This document shows, piece after piece, positions 40,298 through 53,500 of a stretch of DNA of 64,000 nucleotides. The notes below the pieces were generated by a model that worked only from the letters and a program-made list of their open reading frames with translations, did no database searches and was not told where the DNA came from. Each line of letters starts with the position of its first letter. Position 1 is the stretch's first letter. This stretch comes from Octopus sinensis (lineage: Eukaryota): positions 62,434,001 through 62,498,000 of the forward strand of contig NC_043000.1 of assembly GCF_006345805.1 (NCBI RefSeq), in the 5' to 3' direction. Both the position numbers and the translations under genes were made by a program.

Positions 40298-40930
40298 TGT
40301 GTGTGCGTGTGTGTGTGTGTGTGACCGCGTGCGCGTAGGAATGTAATTAGCGTATGTCTACATTTGTTATAAGATTCTTAGTGTATTTTCATTTCACGCA
40401 GAAACTTAATCGGCAATTGAGATGTTGTCTAGATTATGATCGTAGAAAGAGGAGTATACCCGCCCCCATGCACATACACGCAAGCACACTCACTCATACA
40501 TACTTGCATATACATACATGCGTACATGCATACATAAGTACGTACGTATACACGTGCGTATGTGTTTGTGTGTCCCTGTTTGGCAAAGCTCACGAATGGA
40601 AATTAATTTAACCCGTTTCGTTTGAAATCAGCCTTATACAGTAACAAATATGGGGTATAAGATTGAATTAATTTTCCGAACCTAAGAGCTAAGACATAAG
40701 CTCAGCTTAAATCAGCATCGATACATTATCAGAATGAATAAGGATAGTAATTATTTTGTAACTAACTATTAGTTCAAATGAAAATGAGGAAATAGACACT
40801 GCTATTCGGTCAAAATTCTACTATTGTTGCATTCAGTGAAAGAAAACGAGAGAGAGAGAGAGAGATAGAAAGAAAGAAAAGGAGGAGCGAGCGGGAGAGT
40901 TTACACTAATAGCGGAGTTGTTGCATGTTG

Positions 40931-40974
<44 letters not shown>

Positions 40975-41334
40975 TCGTAGGTGTGAAAGTGATATAATTG
41001 AATGTTGCGTGAGAGCGTTAATGTTTGTAGTAAGTATACGATAGTAAATAAAGAGAATGTGTATTTACACTTTGCGCATTTGTCTGGGTGTCTTTAGCAG
41101 AGTTTATTCTGTTTTCAGATCAGGTCTAGTTCTCTTTGCCCCGTCAATCTCAGAGACGCTGAAAATGGTCACGGGCGTTGCGCTTTCGTCTGTGGCCAAA
41201 CTATCAAAACGAAAAGAAATAATCTTCCCATGTATGTGTGTGTGTGTATGTATGTGTTTGTAGATAGATAGAGAGATAGAAATAGAGAAAGATAGATAGA
41301 GAGAGAGATATAAATAGATAGAGAGAAATAGATA

Positions 41335-41458
<124 letters not shown>

Positions 41459-41559
41459 TGGTTTTCCGACAACTTACAAACCAGTACCTCTTTAAATATG
41501 GTCATAATCATGTGAGAATGCTTAAATTTCCGGCAACTATTTGTACGTAACTTTTCAGG

Positions 41560-42165
41560 TACCAAATCACAATTGTTTATTTACTGTTAACGTAGCCGCC
41601 CTCACCTTCCAGCTTCCACCACGGCCTCGAGACGGCTCTGGAGCCTGGCACATGCGTTCCTCACTGTGTCCCTGCGAAAATCTTCGATCACCTCCTTGAT
41701 TTTTGGCCTCCAGCTCGGCCTTGGTGTTGTCTATGAGATTACAATTTGGGGAATTAGGAGACCAGAAATAGGGGCAGTAGAAATTCTCTGACAACCACTT
41801 CTGGCTCTTTGCGGAGCTATGGCAAGAAGCCGATATTGTTATCACAAATATGTATTAACATATGGATTGTGCCTAAAAGCTTTTTTCAGAGATTTGGGTG
41901 GTATGACACCAACCTGACTGGAGACACACCCAAAGAGCATCTCACTTTGTGGGAACTTGGTTTTCATAATACCTGGCACATCACAAGAGTGGTAGGAAAG
42001 CTGCCTGTTTTTCTAAGTGTTGTGCAACTGGTCCGGCAGAAAAGCTTTTCATCTGAGAAGAACCAGAACATCCCCGCTTCAACAAGACGCCTCAGTTTGT
42101 TCAGGACCTTCTTTTCTTTCGTCAAGCGGTTCTCCTTGTCCTTAGCTGTATCAGAATGTGTCCCT
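41560..42165 (-). mobile_element. Internally deleted maT-like Tc1/mariner transposase fragment, a different family from 12272-13550
   Basis: Minus frames give AGMFWFFSDEKLFC and SASCHSSAKSQKWLSENFY...FWSPNSPNCNLID, then NTKAELEAK. D-D spacing cannot be counted because of deletions, and no TIRs were found. Confidence 0.8.
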
Positions 42166-45009
42166 TACGCCTTTTGTACGAGTTGTAGCAAAGGTACTCA
42201 TTCAGGGCTGAATTTGTACTCAGAACGTAAAGACAGACGAAATACCGCTAAGCATTTCGCCCGGCATTCTAACGTTTCTGCTAGCTCGCCGCCTTGGGAT
42301 AGACATATTAAATAACATAGACAAGGACTCACCATTTCTGAAGATAAACACGAGATATTTATAATCAATAGAACTGTTTTTAATCAATAAGTTTGTTTCA
42401 TAGAATATATAAGTGGATCCAATTTAAGTTGTTACTTAGCAAATACCCACACTGATTATCTATGCGAATGCGAGAATCCCTACATATGTGTGCACACTTT
42501 ACCATTCATGCATTCTCTGTGAATATGTCATGAATATACTAATCCGAGATTGTTATCTTAGAAATAGACGAAACTAGGATAAATGTTTTTATTGAGCAAA
42601 AATGTACTTCAGCCGAAATTTATCAACAACCCATTTCTATTTTATCGCTTCAATAAATCTGTTAGGTGTTTATCAGATACTTTCATAATGAATTTATTTT
42701 GACATTATCTTTTTATTCTCTGCTTGAATGAAATGTTTTGTACAAACATAGAAGTCACATGCTAAAAACACCGGCTGTTTTAAACACTGACCCATATTCT
42801 GAATCAGACGGAAGCTAAGTGATCACAGCTTTCAGTTCAAAATATTCGATATCTTGTACTGTTGCCGGCGGATGTTGGCGCACGGATAAGCTCTTGGTGA
42901 GCCGGCATCTCTTCTTATAGTCATTGCATTTCGTTTATGTTACTAATAGCATTGGAAAAGGTATGATGGTTTAAATTATACTGCTTTTCATTTCCATCCA
43001 AATCAAAAGAAAATCAATATGATGTGTAGGCGTGACCGTCCCTTCTTTTTGTAAATCAATGACTACACTGTATCATGTCTTTTTTAAGACGGTGGTTTAA
43101 TTTTCTTTAGTTATAATGTATCCATTCCTTTGTAATTACTATAATTCCATTCTAGGTACTAAAGAGAAATTTTAAATTAACCATAGCGTTTGGTTGGTAC
43201 TGTTTCATTTCTCTCAGAAGAATGACACCTAAAATGACATCAACAGAATTCGAATCCACGCCGCTGAGTTGAAACTAAATTATGAATTTTGTCCGACACT
43301 GTATTAGTTCTACCAAACTACAACCCAGAGTTTGGTTTGTGGGCGATTTTGTGGCTTTTTCTAACAATTCGAGCCACCATGTAGAGAATCCCTTGTTGGC
43401 TGGATATTGTTTATTGAGAAATTGCTAATGAATATTCGGTTTTCGATTCCCGATTGGAGTCTTTCATTTCATTTATGCCGTTAAAATCCCTTGGAATGAT
43501 TATCCCACACTTTCATTACCGTTGCGTCGAAATTTGTAGCCTTCTGCTTAAGGTAAGAAATCAATAATGTTATTCAATATAAGTTTCTATAGAATCACTT
43601 CCGTTTTAAAGGAAAATACACCACCCAAAGGTATTCATATCAAAAGTCCCTAGCGACTACCATTGTTAGGCAACTATAATATTTTACATGAACGTTACAA
43701 TTTCGTTACTTTTCCTATCATAGGAACTGTCACCACCACGACCACTACGAACGACGACAACAACAGCAGCATTCCATGTCAGCGCAGTAAAATTAAGCAA
43801 CGTCAAATGTGGTGCAAGCTGAGGTGGGTGGGCGTTCGAATCACCACTGCACATGAACTCCCTACATACTAAAAAGGTCAATTGACAAATCAATCCATCA
43901 AACAAATACTGGGTTTCTCTTGTCCACACTTTTTCTTCTGTTTGGTGTACATGTTTTTACTCGCTCATAGAAGTTCTACTTTGTAATTTCTGCTTATTTC
44001 AATTTTCTGAGTCCACCTTCAGATCAGATGTAGCATTATCTGACGTAAATAGCATTAAAAGTGATCGCAGAAACTATATCGTTCATGAAATTTTCATTTG
44101 TTTTTATTTTATTACATTTTATTTGTATTTTTATTTGTCATTTCCTATTGAATATATTGTTTGATCTAGCAAGAAAAATGTTTCTCTTGCATCGAGAATA
44201 TTGCTAAACAAAATGTTTAGTTTTCATATCTGGGTAAATCTACCACTTACATCGCCTTCATTTCGCTCAATTCTCATTCACTTTCTTTTTGCTCTCCCCG
44301 CCTCTCTCGTTCTCTCTATACATTTCTCCCTCTCTCTTTCCCTCTCCCTCTCTTTGTGTCTGTCTTTCCATCTATATCTGACTGATCTGTATAATATTGT
44401 GTTCAAAAAGGGTTGTTTTTCATTTCATTCGTTGATTTTTCCCTGTGTCTCCAGCCCGTCAACTAAAAGCTTTAATGCAGTAACGTTATAATTATTTCCT
44501 TTATTGTGGCTTTCTACAAATCTCTCGAATAGTTTTTAAGGATTAGGTATGTTTTCGACCCACTAACGCAATACCTAAAACACTACTAAAAGACACAAAC
44601 ATTGTTGTAAATCGTTTGTCAAGGCAGCGGTAGTTTGTTAACGTCAGATAACAGTTCTGAGTTCGAAACCTACTCAAAATAGAGTTGATCAATTAAAACT
44701 TGTTCGATTGATGTATTTCATTTCTACTGCTACTCTTGCTACCCACCACATTATAATGGTTTCTAACATCGATGAAAGAATGCAGAGAGGAATATTGTTA
44801 GTACTTGATTAGATCCTAGTGGGGTAAAATGCTTGGTGTCAACTATGATGAGATATCTATTTAGACTAACGTAAAGGGCCGTAAATAAATAACTTAAGAT
44901 TTATGATCCAAAGCATTCCTTATTTCGCTAATCCACTAAACAAAACTACTCCCGTGACTGTTTCTGCTCCTGCTGTTATTGCTGTTGCTAATAATAACTA
45001 TTTCTATTA

Positions 45010-45723
45010 TAAGCACAAGGCCTAACATTTTTGTAGAGCGGTTTAGTAGATTATATCAATACCAATGCATAACTGGTACTTAATTTATCGGCACCGAAGG
45101 AATGAAAGGTAAAATCGACCGTTTCTGTCAATTCGCCGCCGTTAATAGTCCTTCCTACTATAGAGACAAGGCCTGAAATTTTGGGGGAGGTGGCCAGCCG
45201 TTTACGTCGAATCCAGTGATGATCAGGTACTTATTTTATCTACCACGAAAAGATGAAAAGAAAAAAACGACCACAGCGAAATTTAAACTCAGAACAAAAA
45301 GACAGATGAAATGTGACTAAGTATTTTGTCCATCGTGCTAACGTTTCTGCCAGTTAGCCGCCTTAATAGTGATTTCAAATTTTGGCAAAAGGCCAGCAAT
45401 TTCAGGAGTGCGGACTAGTTGATTATATTGAAGCCAATGCTTAGCTAGTATGTATTTTATTTTGTCAATATCAAAAGGACGAAAGACACATTTAAGCTCA
45501 GCAGAATTTCAACTCAGAACGTAAAGACGGACGAACTGCTCCTAAGCATTTTACCCGGTGAGTTAAAGATTCAGCCAGCACGCCGCCTTAATAATAGTTT
45601 TAAATTTTGGCACAAGGTTAGTAATTTTAGGGAAAGGATAAGTTGATTACATCGATTTCAGTGCTCAAATGGTACTTATTTGATCGACCCCAAAAGAACC
45701 AAAATCAAAGTCGGCCTCGGTGG
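45010..45723 (-). mobile_element. Four head-to-tail minus-strand SINE copies
   Basis: SINE heads end at ~45140, ~45363 and ~45588, each abutting the tail of the next. The last copy is cut at ~45723. Confidence 0.85.
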
Positions 45724-45724
45724 C

Positions 45725-46060
45725 ACTTTCCTATACAAACCGAAGGGAGCATAGAGTACAATAAATCGGATACTACGGTTTGAGAAAGCGTATCTTTTAA
45801 CTGACGTGGTTTGCCCAGCTGATACCAGAGTAATGGAAAAGAAAATAGGAACTGATTTGAAGAAAGAGCTTCTCAAATACTGGGATAAAGAAGTTAAGGA
45901 TCTTAATCTTCCCAATTATTGTCCAGGCTTTGACAAATATGGCGAAGAATATAAAGATAAATCTTGGAAATGTAGATTCTGATCTTGGAATGTTGTACAG
46001 GAGATCTAGCAATAATTTTCCAGAAAGTCTCCAATACGAAACAAGTACATATATGAACAT
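45725..46060 (+). mobile_element. Decayed R4/Dong-like RLE C-terminal fragment
   Basis: DVVCPADTRVMEKK...KELLKYW, then in another frame LIFPIIVQAL..AKNIK, resembling D.A.PGD.RV.EKE...PI..GALG. Confidence 0.6.
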
Positions 46061-46699
46061 CTTGAAAGAACTCTAATCGGTGAGAGACAAGAATGTTTCA
46101 TATTCTAAAACATAGATTGTAGTACGAGAGGAAGAAAAATTTAACAGGTTTCAATTTAAGTATCATTTTAAAGCAAAATAGTTATTGACATAAACACAAG
46201 GTCAACTTTGAGGGACGTTAGTCGATTAAATGAACCCCAGTACATAAATGATGCTTTATTTTACCAATCTCACAAGAATTAAAAGCAAAGTGAAGCCTGA
46301 TAAGAATTAGAACATCAGAGACGCTTAATATTGCTTTCAAATTTTGGTATAAGGTCAGCAAATTCGAGGGAGTGGGTGAGTCTATTACATTGATCCCAGT
46401 AATCAACCCCGAGGGATGAAAGGCAAAGTTGACCTCGGTGGAATTTGAACTCAGAACATAAAGACGGACGAAATGCTGCTAAATATTTTGCCCGTGCAAG
46501 GAAAATTATGGAATACAAAGACTAATCTTAAGATTTAATGTTGCTACCTCTTACAATTAGTGTGCTACAAATGTTCCTACTGGCTGCCTTTCGGATACCA
46601 CTTGAAAACAAACTTACGAAAAGCTAGATCAATTCAGTCTGCTTGTATACAAATGAACGAAGCGTTATATCGATGCAATCATTCCTACACAAGAAATGA

Positions 46700-48300
46700 T
46701 AAATAATGTAAAAATTGTTTCATTGAGCCCAAGATTAAAACGAGTAAAGTTTAAAAGAGGAAGGACAAGGGTGTGACGAAAATCAAAATTCAAACTCCAT
46801 GGTATATACAGAACACTGACCAAACAAAGAACCAAAACAACGTAAAAAATATTTTTTTAAATGTGAGGAAAATTCAAGAAAAGTAAAAAGAATTCTAGGG
46901 AGAGAAATCTTTTATATGACAATTACTTGGAAATAATTATATATTTAAAATCATTAGAAAAACTTACAATGAAAGTGACTCAACGATAAAAAAGAAGCAA
47001 TAAAAGAAAATGTAAATCTAACAATCGCTCTCATAATGTGCAAACATTATTATCACCAAAATAATAGTTACAATGGAGAATCTATCCATAAAGGAATATC
47101 AAAAGCCATGAAAATGTTAGAAAATAAATAAAAATAAAAGAACTCTTAATAATAAAAGATCTCTCATTAATAAAATCAATAACTAAATGAAGAGAAGACA
47201 TCTTCTCAGGTTCTTTGCTAAATTGCAAAATATTTCTCGGTATGAAAAGTGATAACGATTCTTTGAACATGGTAAACATTTCAACTCCAAATCAAAATAT
47301 TTTGATAAAAAAAAAACTAGGTATAAAACAAAACGGAAATCAATGTGGAACATACAGCAAGGCAAGTAGAAAAATTCTAGGTGTTGGGGATAAGTATGAA
47401 TAGCGAAAGTATCCCAACGGACGGGGCTGCTCAAAACAAAGAATGCAGAATTTAAACCAGCTTACGGAAATCTATGTTCTTTAGAAGCATTCAAAGAGCT
47501 ACAGAATTAGCAGGTACTAATAAATAGCAAGATTCAAAACTTCTAGGGTGACATGCAGCACGAGCAGAGATGTCTAATATGATACTGACAAAGACGAAAA
47601 CACCTGACTGGTTCAGTAAGGAGTGAAAAATCATCTTAACCTTCAGAACTAAAAAAAGCAGAAAACCTTAAACACTACAGCCTCATAAGAAGCCTTCCTT
47701 TAGCTTACAAAGCCTTTACTTTAATAATATAGAAGCATCAGGGAAAAGAAATTTATTTTCAGAAGAGTGAAAGGATGCTGAAAAGATCATATAACTGTGA
47801 AGATCACTTCCTAGTCGACAGGGCTATAAATGGAACATGCAGGAGGCGGAAAAGAGTCAGAGCTAGATGTGGACTGTCAGAAGGCATTTAACGGTTTCCA
47901 TGTACTGGCATTCTGGAAATATTTGTCATGAGTAAAGTTGCACCACTTATAAATCAGATACATTACATGCATCATGAGTAAACGAAAAACAATTCTGCAG
48001 ATGTAGACAACAGAAGACGATTATTCCTTGGATCTCCCAGTATCAGTTCTTTTCCTGTCTAGCGCTAATCTCTTCGACCAACATGTTAAGCCAGATTCAA
48101 CTTAGGTACAAATGTTATATGACAATGAGCCATCTATTGTATTTAGTCAAACTCGAGGTTTATGCTGTATATGATAAGTGCTACAAAATATGAAATATAC
48201 CTAACGATAAAACTTATTTCCAACCCTAGGACAAAGAGGTATACCTCGAATGGTTTTAAATTTTAACACTATGCCAGCAATTTTAAGGGAGGGTACACGT
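46700..48300 (+). mobile_element. Heavily decayed R4/Dong-like RT region
   Basis: VDCQKAFNGFH (~47868-47900) resembles D.xKAFDSVPH, preceded by a KGC...EDHFLVDRAI-like segment. Boundaries are approximate. Confidence 0.5.
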
Positions 48301-49090
48301 CGATTACATCCACCAGTACTCAACTACAATGGTGGGCTGAAACTTTCATAGGTTGACTATGAAGGAATGATGCAAGAGTTGTGAAATGCTGCCGTGCAAC
48401 ACCGATAGAAGACGAGTGTAGATTGTAGGGTAGGGAGGTTATGTTCAAAAATAAACTACATTTGCTCACAGTCCATGTGAGTATCTTAGTCAGCCTATGA
48501 ACTTTTTAACCGACCCTAGTATTACTTTATTTTATCGGCCTCGAAATGATAGAATGCAAAGATGATCTTGGCGCAAATTAAACTTTGAACGTAAAGAGTC
48601 AGAAGAAATTCCACTAAGCATGTCACTGGACTTGCTAACGATGCTGCCCGCTCGCCGCTTTTAAATAGTTTCAAGTGAAGGTGCAAGGCCTAGAATTTGG
48701 ATGGAAAGTTTCAGTCCCCAGTACTTGGCTGGTACTTAATCTTGGAAGGGTGAATAGTATAATTGACTTTAGTGGGATTTGAACTTAAAGTATAAAGTAC
48801 CTCTAGATATATTTCCGATACTCAAACGTTTCTGCCAGCTCATCAGTTGACGCAGAAATGGAGTAGTTTAAAAAAGTTTACTACTGAAATATCAGACTAA
48901 AATTGGTTTCAAATTTTGGTACACGGCCAACAAGTTCGCGGGAGGGGCTTAGTCGATTAAATCCACCCCAGTTTTTAACTGTTACTTTTTTTATCGACCT
49001 CGGTGGAATTTGAACTTAGTATGTAAAGACGGAAGAAATACCTGTAAGCATTTTGCTCAGCGTGCTAACGATTCTGCAGCTTAGCACCTA
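48290..49090 (-). mobile_element. Cluster of decayed minus-strand SINE copies
   Basis: Reverse consensus pieces at ~48510-48665, 48680-48845 and 48905-49090. Confidence 0.8.
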
Positions 49091-50404
49091 CGAATCAGAC
49101 TAAAATTAAAACCTTAACACAAAGTTGAATCAGTCTGTATGCACTTTGGAATTAAGTGCTATCGCGGAAATTGTACACTTGTTGGTACAATTTCCTTGCA
49201 GCATTGAATTTAATCCCTCTAGCTCATCTTGCTTTCATCGCGATTTCAACTAAAGTCCTTCCAATAGAAAATGTGGCGTGCAATCTATAAAATTGAAACT
49301 ATTAATAAATTTATCATATTTAAATCAGTTATAATAATACCAGTAATTGACCTTTTAATAATTAAGTTAATGTGTTACAGAATATCCTAAAGATCAAATT
49401 TGTGAAGTAACCAATTTTGTACTATCTAGATCAAGTGACAAAAGAAATATTAAGAACTATAAGCGAGTAGCTGTAAAGAATTCTCTTCCTAAGATTATCC
49501 GGACAAAATTTCTCGTCTTCATAAACGAAGTAGAGATTGAAATGTAATAATTTGACACCTGAGGATATTATGTGCGATTGAAACTAATTTATTCTCACTG
49601 TATATCATTTCAGTTATTTATGCATTGGTATAACGAAAGTCAAAGAAAAGCTGTACCTTTTTATTAATTCTACTTCTTTTCATTTTCGAGATATGTGTGC
49701 GTGTGTGTGTGTGTGTGTGTGTGCATAACAGGGTAAATCAAAAGAACTTAAATCTAAATATCATGAAGCCTCCCTGTGTGGTAAAAAAAATGTAAACGCA
49801 ATCTTTCTACACAAGTGTTGTGCGGAAGAAAATAGAGCGGTAGTCTCCTAACGGATTATTTCATTGCTTACATTTCCTTCGAGAATATACCTGGTTTTCT
49901 TTCCCAATCAGTACCATAGATCAGCTCCTTATAAAGCAGTCATGAATTATGAATTAGGCTAGCATCTTGGTGAATGCATAGTTTGCATAATTGAGCACTT
50001 GACAGTTTGTCATTAATTGAAAAATATCTGTATAGTGTAAATCAGAACCTAAATTTAAATGTAACAAAGCCTCACAGAGGGTTAAATTAGAATGCAAACA
50101 TATTCTTTTTATGCTACTTATGCGGAAAAAAGAGGTAGGGAATTTGTTACTGCACCGTTTCACTATTAGGCTATCAACCATGATACAAGCCTAATTCCTA
50201 ACTGCTTAACAAGCAGCCGATCTGCTGATTGAGGACAGAAGCTAGATGCGTATTCTCTGAGCAGTAGTCAGCAAAATAACATGAAACAGCTCGTCAAGAG
50301 ACTCCCTTTCCGTTTCTTGCGCATCAGTGATGTAGATAGAATGTTTACATTTTTATTTAACATACAGTTAGAATTTGTAACAAACATACATTTGCACATA
50401 GATT

Positions 50405-50427
50405 GATAGACAGACAGACAGGAAGAC

Positions 50428-50523
<96 letters not shown>
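50405..50523 (+). repeat. (GACA)n/(GATA)n microsatellite
   Basis: Directly visible. Confidence 0.97.
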
Positions 50524-53500
50524 GTAGTTACAGTGTGGCATGAATAGTCGAGCTGGCAAGAAGTTAGCGCCACAATAACGTGATCTCTGGTTCAATCCCA
50601 CTACGTGACATCTTGGCAAATGCCTTTTACCGTGTTGATCCAATATAGATGAATGAAATCGGAAAGACGAGAACTGCACACAAGTCACTTGGATATATTG
50701 TATCTGTCTTTGAAAGACCGGACTTTCTCGTTTATATGATGAAATTAGTTCAATTGAACATCACCTGTACTCATCGTAGAAACCGACAGAATATTGGCAT
50801 GGTGTTCCTATGAAGCTATTCAGACATTCGTTCGACTTAATTTCATGTCTATAGTCCATGTTTTCTATAATATTCAGTTCACGATTACGCAATACTTTTG
50901 GTGAGCATCTCTGTTCTTTCTAGTTACTATAATTGACTGATAAATGATATTTTCGAAACCCTTAACCGTGGAACTATTATCAACAGACACTGCTTATTTT
51001 CATGTTAGTCAAGATACTTACGATGATGATATCTATTTGATGCACCGAAAACTTATTCTCTTATAATGGAACTACTTAGTTTCAACAAAAGCAGCTTAAA
51101 TTAAGAGAACCCCGTTAACTGTTTGCAGTGAAATAATACACTGGGAACATTATTAGGCTACTGACCGAGGTTTTCACGTCAAAGTTTTTTCCAATCGTTT
51201 TACTGAGAATTTTGTTAATGCCACTATTGATTCAACAGCAAGGGAAAGCAACAAGTTATTTTAAGAATGTTAGTTATTAAAAGAATTAGTGCAATAAATA
51301 TGTGAATTTGATATGTATACCATCAGCATAATGCCAGAAAACAAGAGCTAAGATATAGCCTAAATTATCTCTTCGAGGCTGTGGAGCTTTTTTAAAGGTT
51401 TCCATTGAAGCGATCCTTATCTGCTTCTTTATGAACCACTTAGAAATTTTTTTACTGTAATTCTATTTCTATTAAAAATTATAAACCATTAACATTTAGT
51501 TGAAGTAATTAATGAAAGTTGATGAAAACTTGAAATCACTACTGCGATCTGGTTTACTAAGATTCGAGTGAATAAAATACCGCACTATCGTTACTTCGGC
51601 TTCGATACCAAATCCATTGCAAGCGTTTAGTAACATGTTCGAGCAGAATATGAGACTTTTGAAGTTTGATGAATAATTCATTGTTTAAACTTGAAATATT
51701 TTATTGTAAAATTAAATGCTAATTACTTCCTCAAAATCCATAAAATTCTGAAGTCTTCGTATCAGAGGATGCAGTTAATGAAAATTATGAAAACCTAGGA
51801 ATATTTCATGTAGAGGAATGATGCAGCTAGCAACTGTAGTTTCTGCCTCACAGCAAGTTAAAGATGTAGTTAAACTATTAAGCGAAATAAATTATCATTC
51901 GAAATTCATAGAACACCAATCATTAGTAGTCAATTCTAGGGTACAAAGATTTGGAAAAATACAGTTCCTACTAACTGTTGGCTTGAAGTGCTTTTTATGT
52001 AGCCTTAAATCGTTTAGTATATAATCTGTGTGCGGTTTCTTCTTAGAAGTAACAATGTTATTGAAGTTGTTGATATTTTGATGCTTTTCATTGAACAAAC
52101 TAATGATCAAAAGCGTCCCAATCTGTTCTTTTTCGGGTATAATGTGAGACTCAAGTTTTTAAAATCGCTTTCTAGTCGTTGTTAAAAGCACGATAAGGTT
52201 TGATTTCGAGAGGTTCTGCTGCTCTTCTTCTTCCAATCAGGACTCACGCCATTAGCCACGAAGAATAATCTCCAATTCGAGCCTACTCTAAGCTACTAAG
52301 AATGCGTGTGGCAACTTGAAAATCCACCCACCACATGCGAAAGCTACACTGTTATCTTCATTCCGTAAACGGTGGCTTTTAATGGGTGGAAAGCTGAACC
52401 ATCCTGGGGTACAGACGATTCGCAAACTAGACTAGGGTCTGAAAGTTTACCACACCATAGTGGGTTATACCATGGTTCCTCTGCTTTGTGGCAGAAGTAG
52501 GAAGAAAGAGTGAGAGAAAGTTGTGGTGAAAGAGTAGAGCGGGGTTAAACCACGCCCATTGAGTCTCGTGGAGCTTAGGTGTTAGATTCTACTGCTGTAC
52601 TTAGATGGCATCACTTCTATTGCCCCAACAGAAATAATATATACCCTTTTGAAGTTTATTTAGCTTTATTAGTTAGGAGAATTAGATGTCATATTTCGGT
52701 TATAGAAGGAACAAATACTTGACTCCAGTTGTTAATGACTACTGGAAAGGCAAATTACTTGAGGCATTTCGTCTGTCTTTATGTTTTGAGGTTGATGTTT
52801 GCTTTTCACCCTTCGGGATTGATAAAATAAATATCAGTTGATTAATGGGAGCCGATATAATCGACTTACTCTCTCCCCCGAAACTGCTGGTCTTGTGCCA
52901 AAATTTGAAATCAGTATTAATACTGGAAAGGGGCGATGGGTTGGTAGTATCGTTAGTACATTGGAGATGCCTTATGGTATTTAGTTACGGCCCTTTACTT
53001 CCAAATCTAATTTCAGCTTGGGTCAACTTTGTCTTTCGTCAATTCAGGGATCAATACAATACAATAGCAGTCAAGTACTGATCTAGATTTTTATCCACTA
53101 CTACATCTTTCTAAAAAATATATGGCCCTTTGACTGTATTAGGAGGGATACGTGGTGGATTGGGAAAATGAATAGAGTGTCAGATAACTAGCTTGCAATA
53201 TCTACTTTTTCATGTCAAACAAGCTGAGGTCAATTTTGACACCCATTCTCCTGGAGTCCATCACATAAATTAAAATCAATAACTGATGTCAATGGTATCG
53301 AATAATTCCTCACTTCAAATCTCAGGCTTTGTGCCTATATTAGAGACCATCATGTGGCAGTTTTACATACCTTACTTCTGAAGTCGATAACAAAGTAAAA
53401 GTCAACCTAAGAAACCATTATTTACATACTTGTTGAACACAAAAGTATAAACTAATATTCTTATAACACTTGCACTTTCATTGTTATTGTTGTTGCTTAG

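Noticed and set aside
41119-41231. GC-rich candidate + exon (ttttcag|...|gtatgt)
   Set aside because: Open in two + frames and one - frame, the donor comes from a (TG) microsatellite edge, and no homology is recognised.
43810-43850. tRNA gene (A-box-like sequence plus GTTCGAATC)
   Set aside because: Box spacing is too short and no cloverleaf forms. All other A/B boxes in the window belong to SINE heads.
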